Notes: generated by a model not told the origin, from the sequence alone. A stretch of 38,867 nucleotides of DNA from Patescibacteria group bacterium (GCA_035289525.1 DATDWU010000027.1:1-38867), one strand, 5' to 3'; shown: positions 9,163 to 18,181, counted from the first letter of the stretch. Program-made: numbers and translations.

Positions 9163-9846
9163 ATGAAAGATCTGGCCAGGCAGTTTAAATATTTGGACGT
9201 CATCACGGTATTTTTTGTGTCGTTTTTGCTGATCTCGAACGTCGTCGCCTCAAAGATTTTAGTTTTAGGTCCCCTTTCTCTCGACGGCGGCGGACTTTTA
9301 TTTCCTTTAACTTATATTTTCGGGGATATTCTAACCGAAGTTTACGGCTATAAAAGGACCCGTAAGGCAATTTGGATGGGATTCGGGGCGAATTTAGTGA
9401 TGGCTGCGACATTTATGCTGGTCGGGGTTTTACCGCCGGCTCCGGATTGGCCAAACCAGGATGCGTATATGACGATTTTAGGTCAATCTTCAAGAATTGT
9501 TTTGGCTTCGGTTACTGCGTATTTTATCGGAGAGTTTATAAATTCATTTATCCTGGCAAAGATGAAGATTTTAACTAAAGGCAAGTTTTTATGGATGCGC
9601 ACAATCGGCTCAACTATATTTGGAGAAGCTTTTGATACAACTGTCTTTATGATTATCGCATTTTGGGGAGTTTTGCCTTTCGAATTATTTGTGGCGGTTG
9701 GAATTTCGGGCTACCTGCTTAAAGTTGCTATCGAAATTTTATTTACTCCGTTTACTTATTTGATAATAAATTTCTTAAAGAAAAAGGAGAGTGAAGACTA
9801 CTATGATTTTAAAACAGACTTCAATCCGTTTTCTGTGAGGCAATAA
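9163..9846 (+). CDS. yhhQ: Queuosine-precursor transporter, YhhQ/DUF165 (VUT) family
   Basis: Characteristic FPLTYIFGDILTEVYGYKRTRKAIWMGF, about six TM helices, and a length of 227 aa. Confidence 0.8.
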   Translation: MKDLARQFKYLDVITVFFVSFLLISNVVASKILVLGPLSLDGGGLLFPLTYIFGDILTEVYGYKRTRKAIWMGFGANLVMAATFMLVGVLPPAPDWPNQDAYMTILGQSSRIVLASVTAYFIGEFINSFILAKMKILTKGKFLWMRTIGSTIFGEAFDTTVFMIIAFWGVLPFELFVAVGISGYLLKVAIEILFTPFTYLIINFLKKKESEDYYDFKTDFNPFSVRQ

Positions 9847-9854
9847 AACCAACC

Positions 9855-10364
9855 CTAAGTAGCTTGTGGTAAAAGATTAGAATCGATTCCGTTAGCAGTA
9901 AGTCTGGCGAGTATTAACATACCCAGCGATCTTAATCTGGCTCCGCCTCTTTCAGTTTTTAGGGCGTCATTGATATCCGGAACTCGCACGACTTTTACCG
10001 CAGGACTCTCCGTTGCCCTGGCAATAATTGCAATTTCATCCGCAAATAATTCGTCAACCTTCGCTCCTGAAAATAGCCTGTAAGATTTCGGTGACTTAGT
10101 ACCTTTATATTGAAGCACTCGGAGAGTATTTTCGGGATCGATCTCAAGACAGGCGATTGCCCCAAAAAAACCTCTATACGAGAGTAATAAGCTTGCATCT
10201 CCTTCAAAACCCGTAACTCCCCCGATTAAGGAAGCCCTTGAATCGCCAATAAGCAGATCCAATTTCAGTGCGTTATAATCCAGAAATGGAATAACAGGCT
10301 TTAAGTAAGGCTTCAGTACTTCACCTTTTTTGGGGTAATTACGGCTCAATGATTCTGTAAACAT
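9855..10364 (-). CDS. Hypothetical protein (orphan)
   Basis: Intact 169-aa ORF with its own promoter-like TTGACT..TATAAA 8 nt from the ATG. EGDASLLLSYRGFFG..LRVLQYKG weakly resembles DUF535/VirK-type segments. Unverified. Confidence 0.45.
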   Translation of the reverse strand: MFTESLSRNYPKKGEVLKPYLKPVIPFLDYNALKLDLLIGDSRASLIGGVTGFEGDASLLLSYRGFFGAIACLEIDPENTLRVLQYKGTKSPKSYRLFSGAKVDELFADEIAIIARATESPAVKVVRVPDINDALKTERGGARLRSLGMLILARLTANGIDSNLLPQAT

Positions 10365-10414
10365 CCGTGAATTTTATAATAGTTTCGGATAGGAGTCAAA
10401 CTATAGGTCGAGGT

Positions 10415-10705
10415 TTATGCAAAGCCGCCGTGTTTGCGGATTAATTCTTCAACTTCCTGCAGCTTTTTCTGGGTCTGGCTTTTTAAAGAACTGGTATTGA
10501 TTTTAAAGGACTGCTTACAGTAATTAAGCCACTCTTTTTCGCTGATTTTTTCGGAAGTTATTTCTTTTTCGCCGGCTTTCGGACCGTTTTTCCAGTTGAT
10601 AACTTTAACGACTGTTTTAAACCAAATCTCTCTTTCTTCCGACTTCTCCTGAGAGGCAAGTTTATTCCGGGGGTTGTTTGATCTGATTGGCGGCTTTTGC
10701 TGCAT
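10415..10705 (-). CDS. Hypothetical small basic protein
   Basis: Intact 96-aa ORF, Lys/Glu-rich. No motif recognised. Confidence 0.35.
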   Translation of the reverse strand: MQQKPPIRSNNPRNKLASQEKSEEREIWFKTVVKVINWKNGPKAGEKEITSEKISEKEWLNYCKQSFKINTSSLKSQTQKKLQEVEELIRKHGGFA

Positions 10706-10837
10706 TTTTGAAGGTTTACTTAATGGAATTACTTTTAAGAGGGCAAGTTCCTAAATTAACCGCATTAAAGTAAAGAGATTATAGCAGGATTTAAAGCCTA
10801 AATCAATCGCCTGTGGTAAAATGTTGGCACTTTAAGA

Positions 10838-11734
10838 ATGAAAAATAGTCACCAGATTCTACTTTTTTATAAGTACACAGCCATAGAAGATCCCGAAAAA
10901 TTAAGGCAGGAGCAGCGTAATGTATGTCAAAAGTTGGGCCTGACTGGCCGGATTATAGTAGCCGGAGAGGGGATTAACGGGACTGTTGAAGGCTTGATTG
11001 GGAATACCCAGGAGTATATAAGATTAATGATTAAAGATTTAAGATTTGAGGATATGCATTTTAAGAAAAGCGCCGGTACGGGGGATGCATTTCCCAAGTT
11101 ATCAGTTAAGGTGCGGCCGGAAATTGTCAGCTCTCATTTAGGCGAGGGCGATATTAATCCCAACCGTGTAACGGGCAAGTATTTAGAACCGGGAGAGCTC
11201 CGGGAATGGTTTAAATCAGGCAAAAAATTTTATATCGTTGATATGCGCAATGATTATGAGCATGAAATCGGCCGTTTTGAAAATTCAATGCTGGCGCCAT
11301 TTACTAATTTCCGGGATTTGCCGAAAGTATTGGAACAGTTAACCGGTTTAAAAGATCAGACGGTTTTAACAGTCTGTACCGGTGGAGTCAGATGCGAAAA
11401 GGCCTCAGGTTTTTTAGTTAACAACGGCTTTAAAGACGTTTATCAGCTCTACGGGGGAATTGTTTCGTATATGGAAAAGTATCCGAATGAGAATTTTTTA
11501 GGCAAGTTGTATGTTTTTGACGGGCGGATAGCCATGGGTTTTAACACTGACGACCCGGAACATAAGATAGTCGGCAAATGCAAATTCTGTTCCGGCCCGG
11601 CCGATACTTACCGGGATTGTGCCAATATTTATTGCCGTGGTAAAAGGCATTTTATTTCCTGTGATGACTGCTTTGATAAATATATGGGATTTTGCCGGGA
11701 TAACTGTCCTGAATTATCGCAAATGCATGATTAA
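10838..11734 (+). CDS. trhO: tRNA uridine(34) hydroxylase, rhodanese-domain protein (UPF0176/YceA)
   Basis: N-terminal LLFYKYT.IEDPE...GRIIVAGEGINGT, a rhodanese Cys loop CTGGVRCEKA, and a Cys-rich C-terminal tail. Confidence 0.85.
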   Translation: MKNSHQILLFYKYTAIEDPEKLRQEQRNVCQKLGLTGRIIVAGEGINGTVEGLIGNTQEYIRLMIKDLRFEDMHFKKSAGTGDAFPKLSVKVRPEIVSSHLGEGDINPNRVTGKYLEPGELREWFKSGKKFYIVDMRNDYEHEIGRFENSMLAPFTNFRDLPKVLEQLTGLKDQTVLTVCTGGVRCEKASGFLVNNGFKDVYQLYGGIVSYMEKYPNENFLGKLYVFDGRIAMGFNTDDPEHKIVGKCKFCSGPADTYRDCANIYCRGKRHFISCDDCFDKYMGFCRDNCPELSQMHD

Positions 11735-12146
11735 AAAAAATCCGACTTCAGTCCAGGGCCGTAGACTTCATCGTCTTGCCGAAGACGCCAGGGAACAAGG
11801 GAAGTTTTTAGAAGCTCTCGAATTAACCGACCGGGCAACTTTAGAATACGCGAAGAACGATGACTTACTAGGTCTGGCCGAAGTTCAGTCCTCAAGACAA
11901 AGCACTTTTAAGCATTTATTCCGCCGGACCGGCAAAAAAGTTTTTTTGGATTTGGAAAAATTTGCCGCTTTGTCCGCGGTTGAAATTGCCCAACTTAGTG
12001 GTATCAACGAGGCGTTAGGAATTCCATATCATAATTTAGGCAAGTATTATTTTGAAGTAAAAGACTACGGTAAAGCCGCTGAATATTTTCAAAAGGCAAT
12101 TGATAATTTGAAACAATTTCCTTCCGGAAGACATAGCCGGGCTTAA
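11727..12146 (+). CDS. TPR-like helical-repeat protein, N-terminal part (ends at an in-frame TAA)
   Basis: ATG at 11727 overlaps the trhO stop by 8 nt. Helical-repeat composition (..GKYYFEVKDYGKAAEYFQKAIDNL..). Followed immediately in the same frame by 12147-12449. Confidence 0.5.
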   Translation: MIKKNPTSVQGRRLHRLAEDAREQGKFLEALELTDRATLEYAKNDDLLGLAEVQSSRQSTFKHLFRRTGKKVFLDLEKFAALSAVEIAQLSGINEALGIPYHNLGKYYFEVKDYGKAAEYFQKAIDNLKQFPSGRHSRA

Positions 12147-12449
12147 GTGATTGCGGATATTGCCGGCCATCTATACGCTGCCGAATATAAAGTAGGTGAT
12201 AAAACGGCCTTAACCGGAGCTTTAAAAGCCCTGGAAGATTTAGAAAATGCCAAAGAAGAGTCCGGTTATAACAAAAATGTCTGGGTCTCAGGTGCACACC
12301 TTCGGATCGCCCACATGCTTTTAAAGGATCAACCTGAAATTTCTAGGAAGCATTTAAAAAGGGCAGAGATAATAATTAAAGCTGATAAAAGATTAAGTTT
12401 AAGGCTGGACCAGTTAAAACAAGCTTACAAACAACTTAATTCTCGATAA
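12147..12449 (+). CDS. TPR-like helical-repeat protein, C-terminal part (same frame as 11727-12146)
   Basis: Begins with GTG directly after TAA at 12144-12146, with no spacer or RBS. The helical-repeat character continues. Confidence 0.4.
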   Translation: MIADIAGHLYAAEYKVGDKTALTGALKALEDLENAKEESGYNKNVWVSGAHLRIAHMLLKDQPEISRKHLKRAEIIIKADKRLSLRLDQLKQAYKQLNSR

Positions 12450-12825
12450 CTTCCGGTAATTTCTCGCCTTCGGCAATAAACTTAATGGAAACGGAATTGA
12501 CGCAGTGGCGGGTATCTTTATCCGTCATTTTTTCTCCCTCAAAGACATGTCCTAAATGAGCATGGCAATTGTTGCATTGGATTTCTACCCGGTAGCCGTC
12601 CCCGTCCGGAATCCTTTTTACAGCACCGGGGAAATTGTCATCAAATGCCGGCCAGCCGCAATGGGCATCAAATTTGGCTTTAGAAGAAAATAACGGAAGG
12701 TTGCACCTCCGGCAAATAAAAGTCCCGGGTACATAAAAATCATCATACTCGCCGGAGAAAGGCGCTTCGGTACCTTTTTCCTCAATAATATGCTTTTCAG
12801 CCGCAGTTAAGTGGTTATATTTCAT
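12436..12825 (-). CDS. msrB: Peptide-methionine (R)-S-oxide reductase
   Basis: CRRC...CNNC zinc motif, GWPAF, HLGHVFEGE, and catalytic RHCVNS. Confidence 0.9.
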   Translation of the reverse strand: MKYNHLTAAEKHIIEEKGTEAPFSGEYDDFYVPGTFICRRCNLPLFSSKAKFDAHCGWPAFDDNFPGAVKRIPDGDGYRVEIQCNNCHAHLGHVFEGEKMTDKDTRHCVNSVSIKFIAEGEKLPEVIEN

Positions 12826-12865
12826 ATTGATATTATATTTTTTTCAATAATACACGGTCAAATTA

Positions 12866-13909
12866 TTATTTAAGGGGGAGTTCAATAGTGAAACTTGTGC
12901 CCTTTGCCGGCTTACTTGAGACCTTTATTTTTCCCCCATGAATTTTAACAATTTGTGAGGTTATAAAAAGACCAACTCCGAGACCTTTTCCGAACGTTCC
13001 CGCTCCGGCTGCCCTTTTGAAGAGATCAAAGATGTCTTTTTGTTCCACTGGAGTTATCCCGACACCATTATCTTTAATGATAAACATTGCACGCGCTCCT
13101 TTTTTAAAGATCCGGATATAAATAGGCTTGCCATTGCCATATTTGATTGCATTAGATAAAAGATTTGTAATTACCTGTTCAAGCCTGATTTTGTCCCACC
13201 TGCCCATTAAAGAGGCATCTCCGTCAATTTTTATTTTGTATTTCTCTCTCTTTATTACTTCGGAAAAACTCTGTTTTACCTGTTTTGTAAGGCTTACAAG
13301 ATTAGTATCCTCCGCTTCTAAATTGATCCTGCCTGTCGTAATAAGCGAGACATCTAAAAGATTATTCACCATTGATTTGAGCCAATTAATCTGTTGCTCG
13401 GAATTTTTAAGAACCTCTATTAATTTTTGAACTGAAAAATTTGCCAGTGGAGAGTTTCTGATATTATTCAGCTCACTCTGGAGCTTTAAAAGCATTATAG
13501 TGAGTGGTGTTTTTAACTCATGCGAGACAATGGAAAGAAATTCATCTCTGGCTTTTATATTCCTTTGGGCCAATTTGTAATCATCATTTAACAAAACAAA
13601 CGCCCTGGCATACCTTTTCTCTTGCTTCCTAAGCCGTTTTACTTCTTCGTTCTCCCAAGCTAAATCAGCTAAAAAACTGACGGTTACCGCGCCTGCTATA
13701 AAAATAAGAAGAAAAATCTTGTCCCCGGCAATAGTAAAAATATCAATCGAAAAGTATAAAAATATCCCGAAAAGTACATTCAGGCCGACTTTTACAAATA
13801 GTCTGGCGACCTTTCCATTGAACGAAAGATACTGCTTCGAATAATCATACATCCGACTAGATAGTTTGTTCCGGGAATATGGATCGATGTTCATGGAACT
13901 TTTTGTCAA
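12866..13909 (-). CDS. Sensor histidine kinase (2 TM, HisKA + HATPase_c)
   Basis: H-box SIVSHELKTPLT; N box LLSNAIKYG; G boxes DNGVGI and GKGLGVGL. The track start is TTG at 13909; ATG at 13894 is an alternative. Confidence 0.85.
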   Translation of the reverse strand: MTKSSMNIDPYSRNKLSSRMYDYSKQYLSFNGKVARLFVKVGLNVLFGIFLYFSIDIFTIAGDKIFLLIFIAGAVTVSFLADLAWENEEVKRLRKQEKRYARAFVLLNDDYKLAQRNIKARDEFLSIVSHELKTPLTIMLLKLQSELNNIRNSPLANFSVQKLIEVLKNSEQQINWLKSMVNNLLDVSLITTGRINLEAEDTNLVSLTKQVKQSFSEVIKREKYKIKIDGDASLMGRWDKIRLEQVITNLLSNAIKYGNGKPIYIRIFKKGARAMFIIKDNGVGITPVEQKDIFDLFKRAAGAGTFGKGLGVGLFITSQIVKIHGGKIKVSSKPAKGTSFTIELPLK

Positions 13910-13941
13910 AATATTAACAAGACTGATCTCCGACCATTCAA

Positions 13942-13950
13942 TGATATAAT
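13942..13950 (+). promoter_or_regulatory. Extended -10 element TGATATAAT, 6 nt upstream of the response-regulator GTG start
   Basis: tgatataat at 13942-13950, then gagtcg, then GTG at 13957. No Shine-Dalgarno sequence. Confidence 0.4.
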
Positions 13951-13956
13951 GAGTCG

Positions 13957-14895
13957 GTGCAAAAAGCTATTCTCGTTGTCGAGGATAATGATGAACTAAG
14001 AAGCTTCTTAAAAAAACTTCTGGCCGCTAATAACTTTAGGGTGGCTGAGGCGGCTGATGGGGCCGAGGCTCTGGAGGCTGTGGAAAAATACATGCCGGAC
14101 CTGGTACTTCTTGATTTCGGATTACCCAAGGTTTCGGGCGAAACAGTTTGTGTAAAAATTAAAAAAGATCATCCGGAGATTATTGTTATTGCCCTTACTG
14201 AAAAGGCTCAAACTCTTGACGTCGTACACGGCTTACAAATAGGCGCGGACGATTATATGGGTAAACCATTTGATGCCGATGAGCTGATAGCCAGAATTGA
14301 CACCCGGTTTAAAAGTGTCACGAATGGGAAAGAAGCTACGCCGGAAGAACCGAGGGCAAAGGAAAAACGGGAATCGGAAAAAATAATCTTGAGAGAAAGT
14401 TTTACATTAATTATCATCCGATTCATCGTTACGGAAATTATTTTTGGATTTTCGCTTTTCCTTATTAGCATTATATTTTATTACCTAAGCACATATCTAA
14501 ACCCCACCTACCTTTCCGCTACGTATTTAATAATATTGGCGATATGGTTCCTAATAAATATTGGCACCGTCATCTTAATCTCTTTAAAATGGAACTCGGA
14601 GTACACTGAAGTTTCCGGTGAGGGTATTGTTAAGCATAGCGGAATTCTTCACCGGAAAGAACAAAAATATGCCTGCAATTTTATTGAGGGAGTAAAAGTA
14701 GAACAATCATTCCTGGGACTGCTTTTTAATTACGGAACAATTGAACTCTATGACCCGGCTCTAAAAGAGCAGGTTTATTTATTAAATATTACCAACCCAA
14801 AAAGTACTAATAAAACAATCCAACGGATAGTTTCAAAAGAAAAAGACAAGCCTATGCCGTTTGTCGCCCAGGAAGATACTAAAGAGGTAATATAA
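13957..14895 (+). CDS. Response regulator: receiver domain fused to TM helices and a bacterial PH (bPH_2/YdbT-like) domain
   Basis: REC motifs VVEDN, DLVLLDFGLP, ALTEK and GADDYMGKPF. Then a charged linker, 3 TM helices, and the C-terminal segment GIVKHSGILHRKEQKYACNFIEGVKVEQSFLGLLFNYGTIELYD. Confidence 0.7.
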   Translation: MQKAILVVEDNDELRSFLKKLLAANNFRVAEAADGAEALEAVEKYMPDLVLLDFGLPKVSGETVCVKIKKDHPEIIVIALTEKAQTLDVVHGLQIGADDYMGKPFDADELIARIDTRFKSVTNGKEATPEEPRAKEKRESEKIILRESFTLIIIRFIVTEIIFGFSLFLISIIFYYLSTYLNPTYLSATYLIILAIWFLINIGTVILISLKWNSEYTEVSGEGIVKHSGILHRKEQKYACNFIEGVKVEQSFLGLLFNYGTIELYDPALKEQVYLLNITNPKSTNKTIQRIVSKEKDKPMPFVAQEDTKEVI

Positions 14896-14963
14896 ACCTT
14901 TCCTCTTCAGTCAAAAGATTATATTTCATTGAGGATATTGTACGAAAAATGAAATTAAAATAG

Positions 14964-14992
14964 TTGACAAAATAGCTTTTGGTTTTTATTAT
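14964..14992 (+). promoter_or_regulatory. Sigma70-like promoter (TTGACA-17-TATTAT), 6 nt from the ATG at 14999
   Basis: ttgaca at 14964-14969, a 17-nt spacer, tattat at 14987-14992. The start codon sits at the expected TSS position. Confidence 0.5.
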
Positions 14993-14998
14993 TCCCGG

Positions 14999-15619
14999 AT
15001 GATAGATGAACGCAGGCCAGGCTTAACACCTGAGTCAACTCCGAGAATAATATACTCTAATAAACCCGGCAAGATGGTCTATTATCTGGTTAGTGTACCC
15101 GGCCATTTAAAGTTTGAATTGGATTATAAGCAGCCCTCAAGCCGGACTGATTTGCAGTTGGGGGCAATGATGGAACAGGATGCTGCAAAAAAACCTGTTA
15201 ACTGGTATGTGAGGGGACTTTTGGATTCGTATACTTATGAGCAACTCGGACTTCCGACAGCAAGAGAAAGCAGTGTTGGTCTTGAAGGTGACGGGCAGCC
15301 ACCGCTTATTACTCAAAGCAGTTTGGCTCATGCGGGCGAATTTGGTGATTTAAGGGAAATTAAAGTCCGCGCAGAAGGCTTGAGTTTATACCGGGTTTCG
15401 TTGAAGCTCCCCCCAAAAAATATAAATGCTTTCCTGAATCATATCTGGCAGCCTGATATGAGGCTTGTTGTTGTTGAAGGTCAGATATCTCCTGTTACAG
15501 GCGAGAACGTACCAAAGGTGGTTGTTAATTCTACCAGAGGTTCAGAGAGGATTTTGCCGGTGAAATATGAACCCAAAACGCCTTCTTTTTTGCCCAGACT
15601 CACCCTTACTGTAGGATAG
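14999..15619 (+). CDS. Hypothetical protein (orphan)
   Basis: Intact 206-aa ORF with its own promoter. No motif recognised. Confidence 0.45.
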   Translation: MIDERRPGLTPESTPRIIYSNKPGKMVYYLVSVPGHLKFELDYKQPSSRTDLQLGAMMEQDAAKKPVNWYVRGLLDSYTYEQLGLPTARESSVGLEGDGQPPLITQSSLAHAGEFGDLREIKVRAEGLSLYRVSLKLPPKNINAFLNHIWQPDMRLVVVEGQISPVTGENVPKVVVNSTRGSERILPVKYEPKTPSFLPRLTLTVG

Positions 15620-15693
15620 TTGTTTGATATTTTTTTCGGCCAGTTGATTATTTTCATCTTGTAAATTTTAATTTCCAGAACTAACATGAAACC

Positions 15694-15962
15694 ATGGCAA
15701 AGATTGATGACATAGAGACGATGTTAAAAGCTCTTGTTAATAACCTAAGCACTTCTAAGCAGGAGATCTTTAAAAGATTTGATGAGTTGGATAAAAAATT
15801 TGATAATAAAATAGATGGATTGGAAGTAAGGCTTGCTAAAAGAATTGACGCCTTGGGTAAACAATTAGCCTATTAGGAAGATGATGCTCCAACCAGGGAA
15901 GAATTTACTGTTTTAAAAAACGGGTAGATAAATTAGAACAAAAACCTTCCTCTGCTTTGTAA
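15694..15962 (+). pseudogene. Small coiled-coil protein gene, apparently disrupted (in-frame TAG plus a frameshift at an A-run)
   Basis: The 60-aa ORF 15694-15876 ends ..GKQLAY-TAG. Reading continues EDDAPTREEFTVLK. After the run ttttaaaaaacggg, the +1 frame reads KKRVDKLEQKPSSAL-stop at 15960-15962. Confidence 0.4.
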
Positions 15963-15972
15963 CTGTTCAAAA

Positions 15973-16557
15973 ATGGACAAACTTAATCAGGTCATTGAAA
16001 TTGTTAATGGATTATATGCTAAGAAAAATCCGGTAATTGATTGGAATAAATGGGTTTTTGAGGGGCATATCAAAGTTGTGGCTGATTGGGTGGAGAAAAT
16101 CTCAGAGAAATATGATTGTGATAAGGAGTCTGTTTTGGCCGCGGCTTTTTTACATGATTTAGCTTATGCCTGGACGAGTAAAAATGATCCTGACCTAGAA
16201 GAAAAAAGTGAATCAAAAGCCAGGGAAGTTTTAGAAGAAGCAGGTTACTCTGAAAATCAGGTGATTTTTATTGTAGACAAAATTATTCACGGTCATGGTA
16301 TGCAGGAGGGGACAGAGCCGGAAACATTGGAGGCAAAAGTCTTAGCTACAGCCGATGCGCTGGCCCATTTTACAACCGATTTTTACCTGGTAATCTGCTG
16401 GAACCGTTATCTTTTTGAAAAAAAGTCTCTGGAAGATTATAAAAAATGGGTTTTAGAAAAAATTGAGAGGGATTTTAATAACAAAATATTTTTTGAGGAA
16501 TATAAAGGCATTGCCAAGCCCCACCACCAAAGTCTAGAAACTCTTTTTAATCTCTAG
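15973..16557 (+). CDS. HD-domain phosphohydrolase
   Basis: H..(FLHDLAY) HD motif and a downstream D (TADALAHF). 194 aa. Confidence 0.7.
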   Translation: MDKLNQVIEIVNGLYAKKNPVIDWNKWVFEGHIKVVADWVEKISEKYDCDKESVLAAAFLHDLAYAWTSKNDPDLEEKSESKAREVLEEAGYSENQVIFIVDKIIHGHGMQEGTEPETLEAKVLATADALAHFTTDFYLVICWNRYLFEKKSLEDYKKWVLEKIERDFNNKIFFEEYKGIAKPHHQSLETLFNL

Positions 16558-16589
16558 TAAGTTTTCAGTTTAATCTTATAATAAAATTC

Positions 16590-17336
16590 ATGTTAGCAGA
16601 CTATCGGGAGATCATGCCGGTTAGGTGGCCTGTTCCTCTAGACTGGGAGAATTTTCAAAGAAGAAATCTAAAAGGGATAATAGCTCCAAAGGATCATTTT
16701 AGAATAAAGTTAGCTTTTGAATTAATGGATATGGCTCATGATGGACAGTTTAGAGAAACTGGTGAGCCATATAAAGCTCACCCAATTAGAGTAGTTGAGC
16801 GTTTAAGAATAGCAGGGTTTGAAGATCCGGCTATATTTGTTGTTGGCCTTTTGCATGATGTAAATGAAGACGCAAAAGAACGGATGCGTATTTGGTTGAT
16901 TGAAACTTTGCCCCGAGTCAGACCAGAGCTCGCTAATATTAGAAATCGGTCCACAACAGATATGTATGAAAAACTTTTTGGAGTAAAGGCTTTTAGAGAT
17001 ATAAAGGCTCTATCCAAAGTAGAGCCGATTGATGATAATTATGAAAGTAAGCAGTTTGCAGAAATAAAAACTTTGGATAACGTGGCTAGAGGTTCCCCTG
17101 TTGTTTGGTTAGTAAAACTCTCGGATAGACTAGACAATGTAGTAACATTGCCATTACACCCAGATGACCCAGCCCGTCTTGAAAAAGACCTAGATAGAAT
17201 AAGAAGAAAACTTATTGAAACACGTAGAGATTATTGGCCCATATTTGAGGATGCAGTGGCATGGTATCCCATGGCTAAAACATTACTTGTAGCCTTAGAC
17301 AGAAGGTGTAATCGCTTAGCCAGGACAGCAGGCTGA
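16590..17336 (+). CDS. RelA/SpoT-type HD hydrolase-domain protein (small alarmone hydrolase-like, HD_4)
   Basis: AHDGQFRETGEPYKAHPIRVVERL and VVGLLHDVNED match the (p)ppGpp-hydrolase HD signature. No synthetase domain. Confidence 0.65.
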   Translation: MLADYREIMPVRWPVPLDWENFQRRNLKGIIAPKDHFRIKLAFELMDMAHDGQFRETGEPYKAHPIRVVERLRIAGFEDPAIFVVGLLHDVNEDAKERMRIWLIETLPRVRPELANIRNRSTTDMYEKLFGVKAFRDIKALSKVEPIDDNYESKQFAEIKTLDNVARGSPVVWLVKLSDRLDNVVTLPLHPDDPARLEKDLDRIRRKLIETRRDYWPIFEDAVAWYPMAKTLLVALDRRCNRLARTAG

Positions 17337-17377
17337 TTTAATTCATGTCTGCTATGTTGTTTTACAGTAATAATTTA

Positions 17378-17406
17378 TTGACAAACAATAAATAGCATGC
17401 TAAGAT
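17378..17406 (+). promoter_or_regulatory. Sigma70-like promoter (TTGACA-17-TAAGAT) upstream of the DUF2975 gene
   Basis: ttgaca at 17378-17383, a 17-nt spacer, taagat at 17401-17406, ATG at 17419. Confidence 0.5.
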
Positions 17407-17418
17407 GTTGTTTATAAA

Positions 17419-17901
17419 ATGCTCAAAAGAAGCTCAACATTATTCTTAAAGCTTGTACTTTGCTCCATTGCAATCATAGTGCTTGCCGGTTTGATTGTGT
17501 TTCCTCAAACTGAAGGAAGAGCTAAAAACCTTGATCTAATCAGTATTTATTCAGATCCGTTTATTATCTATATCTATGTAGGTTCAATCCCGTTTTTTGC
17601 AGGTCTTTATCAAGCGTATAAATTGCTGGGGTTAATAGAAAAAAACAAAGCCTTTTCCCAAGGTGCTGTTAATACCCTAAGAAATATGAAATATGCTTCT
17701 CTAGCCCTTATCGTTTTTATTGCACTCGCGTTATTTCACATCCGTTTCGCGGCCCCTGGTGATGATGATCCGGCAGGTCCAACGGCTCTTGGAATTGTCG
17801 TAGTTTTCGCAATTTCTGTTATTGCAACCGCAGCCGGCGTTTTTCAAAAATTATTACAAAACGCAGTAGATATAAAATCTGAGAACGATCTAACAGTTTG
17901 A
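17419..17901 (+). CDS. DUF2975-like membrane protein
   Basis: Four TM helices, about 160 aa, immediately upstream of a YozG-type HTH regulator. This is the conserved DUF2975 + HTH gene pair. Confidence 0.55.
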   Translation: MLKRSSTLFLKLVLCSIAIIVLAGLIVFPQTEGRAKNLDLISIYSDPFIIYIYVGSIPFFAGLYQAYKLLGLIEKNKAFSQGAVNTLRNMKYASLALIVFIALALFHIRFAAPGDDDPAGPTALGIVVVFAISVIATAAGVFQKLLQNAVDIKSENDLTV

Positions 17902-17962
17902 AGAGATTTTGGCCCTTCGGGCTAAAATCAGAAAATGACTTAACGGTCTAAAAAGAGCAGAT

Positions 17963-18181
17963 ATGATTGTAATTAATATTGATGTGATGTTAGCAAGGCG
18001 AAAAATGAGTGTGACGGAACTTACTGAAAAGGTGGGTATAACCATGGCAAATCTTTCCATTTTGAAAAATGGCAAAGCAAAGGCTATCCGTTTCTCGACC
18101 CTGGAAGCAATTTGTAAGGCTTTAGATTGCCAGCCGGGAGATATTTTGGAATATACAAGTAATAAACCAATATACAAATAA
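17963..18181 (+). CDS. Cro/C1-type HTH transcriptional regulator (YozG-like)
   Basis: IVINIDVMLARRKMSVTELTEKVGITMANLSILKNGKAKAIRFSTLEAICKALDCQPGDILEY is a textbook YozG-like sequence. Confidence 0.8.
   Translation: MIVINIDVMLARRKMSVTELTEKVGITMANLSILKNGKAKAIRFSTLEAICKALDCQPGDILEYTSNKPIYK

Noticed and set aside
11619-11726. The longer ORF-track start (11619) for the TPR-like gene, and long N-terminal extensions of other ORFs (800, 3144, 23398, 33525).
   Set aside because: The extensions overlap the preceding conserved genes or read through promoter regions. Internal ATGs with an SD sequence, a signal peptide or a family-typical N-terminus are better supported.
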